A stretch of DNA of 64,000 bases from the NCBI RefSeq assembly GCF_001194135.2, contig NC_068984.1, positions 17,007,944-17,071,943 on the forward strand, in the 5' to 3' direction. This DNA is from Octopus bimaculoides. Its lineage: Eukaryota. Positions within the stretch are counted from its first letter, which is position 1. Every line of letters starts with the position of its first letter. Under the pieces are notes generated by a model that was not told where the DNA came from, made no database searches, and worked only from the letters and a program-made list of their open reading frames with translations. Below, one piece after another: positions 12,325-24,896 of this stretch. The position numbers and the translations under genes are program-made.

Positions 12325-12495
12325 TAATCATTTCTGCTAAAGGCACAAGGCTTGAAATTTGGTGGGAAGGGACTAGTCGATTACGTTGACCCAAGTGTGT
12401 AACTGGTACTTAATTTATTGACCCCGAAAGAATGAAAGGCAAAGTCGACCTCTGCAGAATTTGAACTCAGAATGTAGTGGCAGACGAAATATGAT
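12325..12495 (-). mobile_element. Meta-like SINE, 5'-truncated, tail B, with 15-bp TSD
   Basis: TSD GATGACTAGTAATAA at 12310-12324 and 12493-12507. Confidence 0.8.
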
Positions 12496-12514
12496 GACTA
12501 GTAATAACAATAGA

Positions 12515-12750
12515 ATTGCTTGCTGGCAGAATGGTTAGTATGCCGGGCGAAATGCTTAGCGGTATTTTGTCTGCCATTACGTTCTGAGTTCAAATTCCAC
12601 CGAGGTCGACTTTGCCTTTCATCCTTTCAGGGTCGATAAATAAAGTACCAGTTATGCACTGGGGTCGATGTAATTAACTTAATCCCTTTGTCTATCCTTG
12701 TTTGTCCCCTCTATGTTTAGACCCTTGTGGGCAATAAAGAAATAAGAATT
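12515..12750 (+). mobile_element. Meta-like SINE, tail A
   Basis: Full head and tail; flanked by AGAATTGCT(T/C)GCT direct repeats. Confidence 0.8.
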
Positions 12751-13777
12751 GCTCGCTTTGAGTGTAATAAGTATAACTAAAAGAAAATAGATAATTAAAA
12801 AAAATAAATATCAGGTTGTTAGGTAAGTTCATTCATTTCTTTTCCCCATTTAGAGAATATTTTTTCATGGTGTCTTATGGCTTTTTGTAGTTCTATTCAT
12901 CCTCTCCATCATTTTTGAAATTTGAATAAATTTTATCTATTTTCAAATATATGACAATGGATTACCGAATAGAGTAAAAAGCAAACAAATCTATCAAACA
13001 ATCCACCCAATAAATAGACACATCAAAAATGACATTGAAAAAGGCTGTTAATGTGTCAACTGACTGAACCTGATGTTATTAAACACCCCTGCGTTTGTAT
13101 GCAGACAGATACTTTATATATATATATTTGTAAGGAGAAAGAACTATGTTCCTGATCTTCTCTTAGAATTTCATCCGTGTCTTACATAAGCAAGTAATTT
13201 GCTCTGTTATCTCTGGTGACAAACATTTGAGGAATAAAAGTAATTTATTGCCATTTTTATCTTTCTCTGCAACTGCATCATCATTATCTTTACACTCCAT
13301 TTGAGGCGATACATATGGCTTCCAATCACTCTCTGCATGCGGCCCTGTCAATGGCTTGTTTTGCAACTGTATACACAGCATGAAAGTATTTCCATCATTC
13401 TTAAGTTTCTTAACTCACCAGATTAATTTTAATAATACATTCTGAAACATTAGCCTTTTATTTGTCTGTCTAATCTAACAGCTTGCTATTTGGGTCTGAC
13501 TCACTTTTTGATTATCGCGTTTTTTCTACTTCCACAACTAAGTATACAGTATTACATTATATTTATAAACGTGTGTGTGTGTGGGGGGGTGTGTGGGTGT
13601 GTGTGTGTGTGTGTTTACATGTCATTGGCTTATGTCAGACAAATGAGAAAAGAGTGTTAAAGGATATGTTTCTTTTATTGAAACTGAAACTCAGAGTTTT
13701 TCTCATGACTTGAGTTTCATGCCACTGTGATCTTCAGGCAAGAACTCAGAGTTTCTGTTTGAAAAAGAACTATATCA

Positions 13778-13818
<41 letters not shown>

Positions 13819-14128
13819 AATCCAAAATAGAAAATCAAACACAAAAAACAACAATGCGAGGATGTGGTACATGTAAAGTATTAGCAGACGCTCAGGGAAG
13901 GAAAGAAAGATGGTTTAACACTTCTTTGGAAGCAGAAGAAAGTCCAATAGAAGGGAAGACGGAAGAAGAAAATCACCAACGATTCACATGTGGTTACATA
14001 TATATATATATATATTGTCAGTAAATCATATATATGTGTGTGTGTGTGTACTTATATAGCGCTTTATGAATATGAAACCACGGGTAACCCTTTGAACCTG
14101 TCATAACTAATATTCTCTAAATATATAT

Positions 14129-14170
<42 letters not shown>

Positions 14171-14859
14171 TGTGTTAAGAAGCCACTATTGTTTAGCTTT
14201 CAGGTTTAAGAAGAAAGGTGTTTAAAACATTTGCATTTCTTCTCAGACTTGTTAGCATGATGAAGCTGACTGAGGTTCAGTTTAAACGTTTTTGAGAAAA
14301 TGTGAGTAGCAAAGAAATTTTAGAAGGTTGCAGTTAAGTTATAGTTAGAAAGGATTGGATGGGACATTAGAACAGGGATTAGTTTTGTAAAATACAGTAA
14401 AGAGGATGAGGGAAAGAAAGGTGAGTGCATTGATTGCTACACAGTTCTGATATTTTAAAGGAGTAGCTGGGGCTGTTGTAATAGTGGTAGATGGGACACA
14501 GAAAGGATACAGTATAAAGGGAGATCAGTGGTTATAACATACTGACATAAGAAAATTCTAATCAGTGAAGTTTCTCTCATTTTGGATTTAGTCTAAAATA
14601 AATATGATCTTGATTACAATCTTGGTTAATATAAAAGATTTTTGAGGAATTTGTTGGTCTTTCTCATCTTTTCATATAAATCTTATAAAAAATGAAAGAA
14701 AAAGACATTTCTTTCTTAATCCTGTTTAAAGCTATAGATTCATCCAGTGAGCTAAAACAATAAAATATTAATAAAAATTGATTGATGAACAATTAGTATT
14801 TTAAAGGTTTCATCAGATGTATGACCTGGTCACTGGTACACTTCCATGACAGGTAAGGA

Positions 14860-15210
14860 GTAAAGGAGTAAAGACCCCCTTCAGTCATGAATGACCATGG
14901 GATTACACCCAGAAAGTTCTCCTCCGAGGCACAAGTCCAGGCAAGGTTGTTTATGGAAGACCAGCAGTCGCCCATACATACCAGTCTCTCCTCTCTATGA
15001 CACCAATATTGTCCAAGGGAAGGGCAAAGGCCGATACAGCTTGACACCAGTGATGTCACAACTCATTTCTACAGATGAGTGAACTGGAGCAGCATGAAAT
15101 AAAGTATCTTCCTTAAGAACATAACACGCAGCCCTGTCCAAGAATCAAACTCACAACCTCACGATCGTAAGCTCAGTGCTCTAACCACTGAGCCATGTGC
15201 CTTCACTTGT
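14860..15210 (-). mobile_element. tRNA-derived SINE (fourth family; partial copy at ~47220-47370)
   Basis: Reverse tRNA-like head ...AATCAAACTCACAACC...CTCTAACCACTGAGCCA; body GGTCATGAATGACCATGGGATT...AGAAAGTT shared with 47.2 kb. Confidence 0.65.
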
Positions 15211-15299
15211 CATGTAATAAGTATTTTAATAAACTAAGGTAGTTTAATTACTTGCAAAAAAGATTTGAATATCAGAAAATTTAACAACTTTATTTTTAC

Positions 15300-15431
15300 C
15301 TTTATGCTAATCAATCTTTGTGAGAATAACGACCAACATTTATTGTGAAAATAGGAAATATTTTGTCTTGATCTGTGTATCTCAATATCATTGCTGTTGT
15401 AAGAAGGTTTTGCTTCAGTCGTTCTGTTCAT
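15300..15431 (-). CDS. SLCO: Probable first coding exon of the SLCO gene
   Basis: MNRTTEAKPSYNSNDIEIHRSRQNISYFHNKCWSLFSQRLISIK ends at a phase-0 donor (AAG|GTAAAA) and joins in frame to VFVIYV. An acceptor TTTCTAG lies 7 nt before the ATG. Inferred from phase and from the OATP-like 'C.....QRL.S.K.F' pattern. Confidence 0.6.
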
Positions 15432-16479
15432 CTTGGTTCTAGAAAGAGAAACAGAAAATTTATTATCTATTATTTTGTTACATGTTTCAAAAATGGAATG
15501 GAACAAAACAGTACAATTGTCAGAAGAATGTCTATGAACTTAATTATTTGCTAAAAGGTATAGTTAATAAAAAAGATTAATAGCTAAAATAGATGAGCTC
15601 CTGGGCTGCCAACTGATATATTACACTGATTTATTATTTAAATGCAAGAACACAAATTTAGAACAAAGGAGGTAAAATATGTGCAATGTTAATGCATTTC
15701 TCAAAACATTTTTAGCAATATTAGCTGATCGACCAGACTATCAGATATCCTTATACATCACTTTTCACAACAGACTTCCATTCTTTTTTTGGTTATGGCC
15801 TTCTCTTTCATTTGCACCTGAATTTCTTTTAACAAATCATCTTCTCATCATCCTAGAGAGCTTCTAAGTGGTCTTTTCCAGTCTCTTAGATATGACTCAG
15901 CTACTGCAAGGGACTACCTTCTGTTTATGAGTTTTCTTTAGTATGTCCGGTCCAGTAGAATCTGCAATTTTAGTATTGTGCTGTCACATTGTTCACTTGT
16001 TTCTCTTCTCAAATTATCTCATTTCAGATATGTTCCTGAAATGACATTCCCAGCACAAATCTTTCCATGGCCTTCTGTGTCATAGCCAGTCACTGTTCTT
16101 CATTCTTTATAGTAGTCCACATTTTATTTGCATATAAATGCTGAAGTAGGACTGTGGTATTAATGAGACTGAAGCTTAAAAAAATCAACAGCCTCGATAA
16201 CAGCCAAGAATGGTAATTTCACATGTCATTGCTGTTGTAAAATGTTAGCCATCATATCTTTCCTGTCATTTGCCTATTAAATTAGATCTTAAACTATTAA
16301 GCTACGATCAGAAACATCTCACATGAGCAGATAATATTTGGACAGAATTTGAAGTGTACACTAAATTTAACAACAAATCTTAAAATTTACTAATGAAGAA
16401 TACTCTTTATGTTCTATCACTTTGCAGCCAAATATTTTTCAAATTACAATCCACTATCTTTATAGAGAATAACACAGTG

Positions 16480-17150
16480 AACATTGTTGTGTAAAGCATA
16501 CCTTGTTTGAAAATGTATCAGATTCTCATAAGTGCTACAGGTAATATGTATCCTAATACAACCATTTGCATTGTTAGTGAATAAACTGATAAACCCATGA
16601 AGCCTACTTGATGAGGAAAAACAAAACCTCTCAATGGATGGACAAAGTCAGAGGAGTCAAGAGCCATCAGATATTGTGTATTTATATACGTTTAAGAAAC
16701 ATAAGATGTGTGGATTTTCAGTGGAAATTCATGAAGGAAACCCAACTATTAATTGTCAAAGGTAATAGCATCTTGAGACATGTAAATCACCCTGGTCATT
16801 CCACTGCTTCCTTGATATACACCCAACCAATTTGGTCCTCTTGCCACTAGTCTAGGACGTCAGATGGGAGAATGAAGCTGGTTATTCAGTGTAGTTTATT
16901 CCTCAACTATAATCCTAGTTCAGTGCAAGTCAGCACTTAAACTTCTCTAAACCACAGACAGAAAGCAGACCTTTCTTTGCAACGGTTGGGGTATCACATG
17001 TATCTGAGATAATGAAATACTGCTATTTCTATGGTTTCTTCACACAGAAGATGTAGTATAGGCAGGGGCAGTCATGAATCTCCAGTGACCTGTAAGACTG
17101 CATTCTCCATTGTTGTAATGAAGTATTTGGCTGTTGTTGAAAACAAAGGA
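16480..17150 (-). mobile_element. Highly decayed mariner-like transposase remnant
   Basis: Minus frames give QVTGDS*, FCLWFREV and YLMALDSSDF, resembling IVTGDE.W, LC.WW and YSPDLAPSDF. Many stops. Confidence 0.4.
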
Positions 17151-17344
17151 TGAACAACATAGTTAAAAATATGACAAAATGTTCATGGTTGGAACACCTT
17201 TGATCATAGGTTTACTTGATAAGAAGTGTGTGTATGCATGTATGTATATGTATATATGTATGTGTGTACGTTTGTATGTATGTATTCTGCATATTCATGT
17301 GTTTGTGTGTGTGTGTATTTCTGTCTCCTTGTGTGTGCATGTCT

Positions 17345-17421
<77 letters not shown>

Positions 17422-17561
17422 AATGTGTGTGTGTGTGTGTGTGTATGCAAAAGCACATATTTGAGTTTAGCTGCATGCAAAAATAATTTGCTATATAGAT
17501 CAAGTAAACTTAATATAGATCACAAAAAGTAACAAGGTCGATCCAAGGTTTCTAACTTGGG

Positions 17562-17628
17562 ATTATTCACACCTGTCTGCTATGTCTTATTCACACCTGT
17601 CTGCCAGGTCTTATTCATACCTGTCTGT
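17562..17628. repeat. ~24-bp minisatellite, three copies (TTATTCACACCTGTCTG core)
   Basis: Seen directly. Confidence 0.85.
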
Positions 17629-18424
17629 TAAAGACAAGTAATATTTTGTTGACATTTCTCACAGCATAATTGATAATACAATGCTGCATTGTCATGAAAT
17701 TGCTATTAACTGTTTTGTTACCATATTTCTGTAAAAAAATGTGCAGCCTTTGTTTCAATTAATTTTGAAAATAATGAAAATTTTAGTTAAATAATTTTGT
17801 CATTATTAACCTGGTGGCAGGCTGGCAGAGGCATTAGCATCCTGGACAAAATGCTTGGCAGCAGTTCTTCCACTTTTATGTTCTGGGTTCAAATACCATT
17901 GAGGTTGACTTTGCCTTTCATCCTTTTAGGATAAGCACCAGATGATCACTGGGATTGAGGTAATCTATGAGCCCCTATCCCTGAAAATTTCAGGTCTTGT
18001 GCCTATTGTATAAAGAATTATTAATCTTGGGTTTTTATGGAAGATTTTAATAAAGATTGCTTTAACCCTTTATCATTTAAACCGGCCATATTAAGCCCAA
18101 ATATCTTATCTGTTTTATGTTCAAACCAGCTATATTGGGCCTCTCACACCTACCCTACTATGTCATTCTAAAAATAAACCATCACATCATCAAAATCTCA
18201 AAGCTACAAGATAATGTGTGATTACATTTGACAGAGTAATTTGAATGCTAAAGGGTTAAAACAGAAAGTTTGTAACAGAACCAGTGCTGGTCTCACACAA
18301 GTTACTATCAAAAGCATTATGATATATTTCACAAACAATGTTATATCTTAATATATAAAATCGCAATTTTAAATCATTGATAGTAAAATAAAGGAAGTTT
18401 TAAAAAATATTGTCAGTTATAAGA

Positions 18425-18830
18425 TTCATCATCATCACCATCGTCGTTTAACGTCTGCTTTCCATGCTAGCATGGGTTGGACAATTTGACTGAGGACTGG
18501 TGAAACCAGATGGCTACACCAGGCTCCAATCTGATTTGGCAGAGTTTCTACAGCTGGATGCCCTTCCTAACGCCAACCACTCAGAGAGTGTAGTGGGTGC
18601 TTTTACGTGCCACCGGCACGAAGGCCAGTCAGGTGGTACTGGCAACGGCCACGCTCAAAATGGTGTCTTTTATGGCCACTCGCACAAGAGCCAGTCCAGG
18701 GCCACTGACAATGATCTCGCTCAAAAGTCCTTACACATGCCACGGGCACAAGTGCCAGAAAGGCGACGCTGGGCACAGGTACCATCACGATTTCGCTTTC
18801 GCTTGCCCCAACAAGTCTTCGCAAGCTGAG
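18425..18830 (-). mobile_element. (GAT)n-tailed SINE, long variant
   Basis: CATCATC...GTTTAACGTCTGCTTTCCATGCTAGCATGGG plus internal subunits. Confidence 0.8.
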
Positions 18831-19554
18831 TTATTTATAACTAATGTTTAAGAAATATATAAAAATAACCATTCACAAGCAAAGGGATATGTAAGAGAAG
18901 TTTCTTTTATGGAATGAAACAAAAAAATTTGCTCACCTGAAATGATCTGTGGAATGTCCTAATGTTTCAGCAAAGTAGAAATAGTCAAAATAGCTGGCAA
19001 TAAATTAGCTTTTATATAATTAATATCTCAAATGAAAGTGAATGTATTTTTGTGCCAGTCGAAAGCGATACAGCTGGTGTTATAAATTAATTGCACCAAT
19101 GGTTTTATATGATTGAAAACTTATTTTGCTTATTATTGTAGGGACACACTCTTTAATTTATGCTCAAAATATGGAGATTTTACAATTTAATTCATCCAAA
19201 GCAGCAACCATCCTACTTAACACCATATGTTCATGTATGCTTTGGAATATATTTACATGATTTTGTTGTCATTGTACTATCATGTATATAATGGTGTCTC
19301 TCATTAGATAGATATGGTCTAATTAGTAACAGCTGATTTCATTAAATATTGGAGCCAATTAAAAATGATATGGGAAATGAGCATTTGATAGTCAGTATTT
19401 AATATGAAAAAAATGTTGACAAAAATTGACCACTAAATTTTAATGACAGTGAATTGGATCATGAATAGGGGCAGTAAACAAAGCATTATGAGAACTGAGT
19501 AACCCCAGAGAGCTTTCACTAAAAAAAAAAGACATAACTATTATTGAGACTACT

Positions 19555-19850
19555 TTAAAACATTGAATCTTTATTCTCACCAGTGCTACATCATTTGCAC
19601 AATTGCCCCAACAATTTGTCCAAGGATAGGGCCACATACCATATGTCTCCCACACAATTCAGGCTCACAACACATAAATTTACTACAACACATAAATTTA
19701 CTACAACACATAAATTTACTACAACACAATTTCTTTACTTCAACAGGCCCTGATCTATTTAACATTGACCCAAATGAAATCAAAGTAGAAAAAGATCCCA
19801 TCACCTTCAAATGAAACCTGGATAAATTTCAAGGGATACCAGATAAGCAT
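19555..19850 (+). mobile_element. CR1-like LINE ORF2 C-terminal remnant containing an in-frame 18-bp x3 tandem repeat (19668-19721)
   Basis: LNLYS...HNFFTSTGPDLFNIDPNEIKVEKDPITFK*NLDKF..IPD resembles 'NSF...GP.LFN.LP..I......FK..LD.FL..IPD'. Confidence 0.65.
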
Positions 19851-20200
19851 AGGGCCGATGCTAAGCCCCTGCAACCCCTGTGGTCACAGGGGGCCTCCAT
19901 AGTTGAGGAGCCCCTTGTTAAGATCAAAGTACATAGAGGAGTCATCTATTTACTTTGGTTAAGATGTTGAACAAGAATTAAAGTATCCATGTTAACTGAA
20001 AATTTCAAGAAATAAAATGGTAATACATTGTACCTGCAAAAGTTCTTGTAAAAATATTATATTGTACCATGGACGTGTACCAGACTATGTTGATTGTCTA
20101 CGATAGCTATTGAACATGAACTTAGCTCTCAGCTTGAATATTCTGAACTGATCGATGATTTTATGAAGCGAAAAGTGCACCGTATTTGTCTTTGAAAGTT
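19850..20200 (+). mobile_element. hAT transposon remnant (terminal sequence and C-terminal dimerisation motif)
   Basis: LSTIAIEHELSSQLEYSELIDDFMKRKVHRICL* at ~20095-20195 resembles the hAT 'LA.LSIE.E......D...ID.FA..K.RR' motif. GC-rich AGGGCCGATGCTAAG...GCAACCC..GGGGGCC terminus-like sequence upstream. Confidence 0.55.
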
Positions 20201-20744
20201 GCCTGGATTATAAAAGTGCTCTTATATTAAAACCTGAAAGTTTTACTTATTGAAATTTAAATTTATAATAGACCTAAATTTATAATAGACCTAAATAAAT
20301 TTAAATTGTTATACTTTTAAAGATGGTTGAAGTGAAATGTATTTAAGTCAACCTTCAATTCCAGACATGTCTAACGGGTGGGCATTCCATCTGTCAGGAC
20401 CTAAGTTTGACCACTCTAGATATTTATGGACTTTATTACAGGCTGTTTGGGAGGAATGTCACAACAAATACTGCTGAGAACTCAGATGTTGTTTATTGCT
20501 CTGGTTTTCGTGGGAAGAGGGTGGAAGATTGAAAAGGGGTCAGAAAAATTGCTCCCTTTTCAATATTGCTCAACACCATGTTTTTACTTTCTGAGAATAC
20601 TTCACAATTCACTGCTGACAGTATTGAAAGCCTTTGACAAACTTACAACATTGAATGGGCTCTGCTGTTGCTCCTTGCATTTCTTCCTTGTCACAAAAAA
20701 ACAAGTCTGACTTTACCTCTGTTGTGATGTTATCTTATGTTTAT

Positions 20745-20908
20745 TAGGCGTAGGAGCGGCTGTGTGGTAAGTAGCTTGCTTACCAACCACATGGTTCCAG
20801 GTTCAGTCCCACTGCATGGCACCTTGGGCAAGTGTCTTCTACTATAGCCTCAGGCTGACCAAAGCCTTGTGAGTGGATTTGGGAGACGTAAACTGAAATA
20901 AGCCCATC

Positions 20909-20994
<86 letters not shown>

Positions 20995-21230
20995 ATATGT
21001 TTGTGTGTCTGTGTTTGTACCCCCAACATCGCTTGACAGCTGATGGTGGTGTGTTTACGTCCCCATAACTTAGCGGTTCGTCTAAAGAGACCGATAGAAT
21101 TAGAATAAGTACTTGGCTTACAAAGAATAAGTCCTGTGGTCGATTAGCTCGACTAAAAGGCGGTGCTCCAGCATGACCACAGTCAAATGACTGAAACAAG
21201 TAAAAGAGTATATAAAAGAGTAAAAGAGTC
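20745..21230 (+). mobile_element. Full-length CORE-like tRNA SINE with internal (TA)n
   Basis: GGCTGTGTGGTAAGTAGCTTGC...GGTTCAGTCCCACTG...ACCTTGGGCAAGTGTCTT...; 3' end GACTGAAACAAGTAAAAGAGT. Confidence 0.85.
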
Positions 21231-22574
21231 TTTTGAGCCAAGACTTTCCTAGTAATGGATAGAAGTACTATACTCCTACTGTTGGACTAAAGAGATGTAT
21301 AAGCCTTGTTTTGATAGATAGTGCTAATGTTTGCATCCTTCTAGTGATGAGGCATATACTCCTGGTTTCATGATTTCATGCCTGTGTGATGTAATGATGA
21401 AATGTAGATGATCTTAGGTAACTCCTCTCTTTTAAGAGCCCTACAATGCAATCAGTTAATACAAGTTGCTATGGAAAGGTTTTGCTGAGTAAGGGATAAG
21501 CTATATATTTGTATGGAAAACTTTCCATTTCATCTTAGATATAAAAATCAGTAGCAGCAACAAGCTTTAGGCAAGAGAATTGCAAACAGGTGGAAAGTAA
21601 CCACACACCTACCTCCACCTAATTTCATTAAACATGTCACCATGAATACAAACATACTTAATGAATGCTTTACTATATGATTTTTGTATTCCAAAATTTT
21701 ATTGTAATGTCTGTGCTGTTGTTCTTCTTGTGGCTGCAGAAAGAAATTACATAGCTGAAATCAATGAAGGAACCTCTATGTTGTTACTCAATGTGCTAAA
21801 AGTAGAAGCCAAAACTTCTTTAGAGCACACCCTAACGTTTTAAAAAGAAGGACACATTGAACAATATAAACTGAGATATAGGAGAAAAACTGAGATGCCA
21901 TTGATCATCAGTTTGCTCAGGGATGGCTGATCTGGGGTTGTACAACTTCAGTACATCTTCACTTACCAGCAAATGGCCTGTATGTTTAAGTAAACCTTCA
22001 TTTCCTGACGTGTCTAAAAGGAAGACATTCCAGCTGTCATGGCCAAAGAATGAGTTTTATTACTCTAGATATTTATGGACTTTATTACAGACTGGAAGGA
22101 GTGTCACAAAAAATATTGCTGAGAATTCAAATGTTGTTAAATGCTCAAAAAAATTGCCACACTTTCAATCATGCTTAACACCATGTTGAAGAAAGTATTA
22201 TATGAATGCAAACATTATGGCAAGAGGTACAAATGAGGGTAGCTACATGAAACTCCATTCTTCACCAAGTACCACATATTGGAGGAGGATCTCAGTAATA
22301 ACAGTGTAGCAAAACGGCTGAAACTACAGCAAAAAAAAAAAAAAAAATTTTGTCTTTTCATTAATATATGGAGTGGTACTAAAAATAGTTACTATTTTTT
22401 TTTTTGTGCAGTTTGGTGTAAAGTTGATATTTGTTAGTTTGGGAAGTGCTGGTTTAACTAGGTCGTCCTTGGTCCAGAAGATCCAGTCTTTCTTTTTTTT
22501 CTTTTCAGTGCCCTGTATCTTGGACTACCTTGTCCCACATGTTCATCTTTTTTTTTAAAGACAATAATGTGTTT

Positions 22575-22866
22575 TGAGGTGTGCTAGTGCCACATAAAAG
22601 CACCCAAATCAGTGCACATAAAAGCGCCCATGTTGGTTCCGTATAAAAGCACCTGGGCGGTGCCACATAAAATCGCCCAAATTGGTCCCATGTAAAAAGC
22701 ATCCAGTGCACTCTATGATATGGTTGGCGTTAGGAAGGACATCCAGCCATAGGAACCATGCCAAAACAGATAATTGGAACCTGGGCAGCTAGCCAGCTCC
22801 TGTCAAACCGTCCAATCCATACCAGCACGGAAAACAGACGTTAAAGGACGATGATGATGATGATAA
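22575..22866 (+). mobile_element. (GAT)n-tailed SINE with short (~23-bp) internal subunits
   Basis: Repeated CACATAAAAGC(A/G)CCC units, family 3' end and GAT tail. Confidence 0.7.
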
Positions 22867-23281
22867 CATGGTCCAATGTAATTTTCCTTCTTTAATAGCA
22901 TGTAATTTGTGTGAGATTTGGCTGTTATCTCCAAGTCGTTCGTGTCATATATGCATTATGGATATTTTTTTCATTCCACAGTTTAATGGAGCAACTACGT
23001 CTTCATTCTCTGTGAGCATGGACTCAAATCCAGCCGCCATATGCACTTTTCTCAGATATGAAAACAAAGATAGTACAGAGTACTGAGATTTCGTTCTGTA
23101 GTTGAGATTGTTAACTCTTTGAAGTAAAGATTTAAAAAAATAGATAACACCTCTCAAGATAGTCGAAGTGATAAGTGTGCAACATAGACGTTCTGAATCT
23201 GCACACTGCAAAAGTTGGTCCAGAGAGAGCAAAATTAAATAACAAAAATGTTTCTTCAGAACTACTTTCGCAGCTTTACAC

Positions 23282-23730
23282 AATATCCTTTTCTACTCTA
23301 AGCACAAGGCCCGAAATTTTTGGGGAGGAGACCAGTCGATGAGATGGACTCCAGGATGCAAATGGTACTAAATTTATTAACCCTGAAAGGATGAAAGGCA
23401 AAGTCGACCTCAGTGGAATTTGAACTCAGAACGTAAAGACAGACGAAATTCCGCTTAGCATTTCGCCCGGTGTGCTAACGTTTCTGCCAACTCGCCGCCT
23501 TGACTTAACGCAATATCCTTTTCTACTCTAGGCACAAGGCCCGAAATTTTGGGGAGGGGGGCCAGTCGATTACATCGACTCCAGGACGCAACTGGTACTT
23601 AACTTATCGACTCAAAGAGAATGAAAGGTAAAGTGAACCTCGGCGGAATTTGAACTCAGAACGTAAAGACAAACGAAATATCGCTAAGCATTTTGCCCGG
23701 GGTACTAACCATTCTACCAGCTCTCCGCCT
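23282..23730 (-). mobile_element. Head-to-tail dimer of Meta-like SINEs (tail B)
   Basis: CAATATCCTTTTCTACTCTA(A/G)GCACAAGGCCCGAAATTT starts at both 23281 and 23511. Confidence 0.8.
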
Positions 23731-24754
23731 ATCATCTATCTCAAACACTTCAGAAGATATACAATTTTAAACAATTTATGCATATCACGATTTTCTTATA
23801 AATTACCCACTATGCTAGAGTTTTCGGAATAATTGTCAAAAGTTTTATCGATTTTGCAAGTGATTGAATAATTGAATCAAGAGAAGTAAGTCATTGAAGA
23901 CATCTTTAAGTGATCTCCCTTGCATGTCTCTCAAAATGGCAGGCCTGAGTGGCGCTGGAGGGGCACCAGTGGAAATGAAATATAATTCAAACCAAAGATA
24001 ACCTACAGTTTTATTTTTATCATTTGAAAATAGCATAAAGTAAGGATTTTAACAAATTTTCAGCACTGAAATTGTTTTTGTAACCCCTTGTCTAAACGAC
24101 TATATTGAATTAAATGTTATTAAAGTCAACGTTGAATGACCTTTACTTCATTCTGACGAGAGACAAAAAATTCCATCAAGTGAATCCTGTTTTATTCTTC
24201 TTCTCTTTATAATCTCTCATTGATTACAATTTTTATTCGTGCCCTTGCTTTTCTTTGTTGAATTAATTCAAGTTGATTCTATAACTTTATTATTTATTAC
24301 CCTTTAATGTTCATTAATATTTGTTTATATTAAATTTCACGCCCCGTTTTTTTTTGGTTTTTTTCTCTAGTTTGTTTTTATGTTTTATTAAAAAAAAAAA
24401 AGGGTTAAAGTCTGAAAAAGTGATACTAATTAGATATAACTGCCAAATGTCTTCTTTTATTATTATTATTAGACTGTATTTTAGAGAACTATCCAAGTCT
24501 GAAATGTATCAACCGTTTGCTCATGTTCCCACTTGTTTTGTTTTCGTTCGAGTCCCTAACCTTGAGTGATTAAAAATAAATATACTCATTCATATTATGT
24601 AATAATTCACAGCACCAAATTGTAATTCTGTGTAAATTTCGTCTATATATTATCGTAGCATTTTAGATATGTTTCTTAATACTGAACGAGGGAAGGTTTG
24701 GAACTAAACACGGGACGTACATTGTTGTCAAGTTAATTACTGCTAACATTTTCA

Positions 24755-24896
24755 GTATCTTTTCTATCATTTGACTGACGAAAACTTTGCCTCGTCTTTT
24801 TATTTACCCTCCTTTTTTTGTGTGCGTGTTTTCTTTCTAACCTGCCTCAATACCGTAGAATAAACGTAAACGTTTTGTTTATTCTACGATGTACAG
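24755..24896 (+). other. Candidate non-coding 5' UTR exon of SLC25A51
   Basis: GCTAAC...ATTTTCAG acceptor-like site and ACAG|GTAGAA donor-like site in a locally CpG-richer, repeat-free region upstream of the acceptor at 26321-26322. Inference only. Confidence 0.3.

Noticed and set aside
13163-13381. Protein-like minus ORF (MECKDNDDAVAEKDK...) as the SLCO first exon
   Set aside because: Its only good donor (13184-13185) is phase 1 and cannot join the phase-0 exon at 12200, whereas 15300-15431 fits.
13419-13441. 23-nt micro-exon-like segment (TTTCAG...GTGAGT, minus strand)
   Set aside because: It would shift the SLCO frame and has no supporting homology; probably chance or a non-productive exon.
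20745-20830. tRNA-like A/B-box sequences
   Set aside because: They are SINE heads without a complete cloverleaf, so no tRNA gene is supported.
22945-23283. 112-aa minus ORF containing ATGGCG (MAAGFES...)
   Set aside because: No recognisable domain and no in-frame donor linking it to SLCO.
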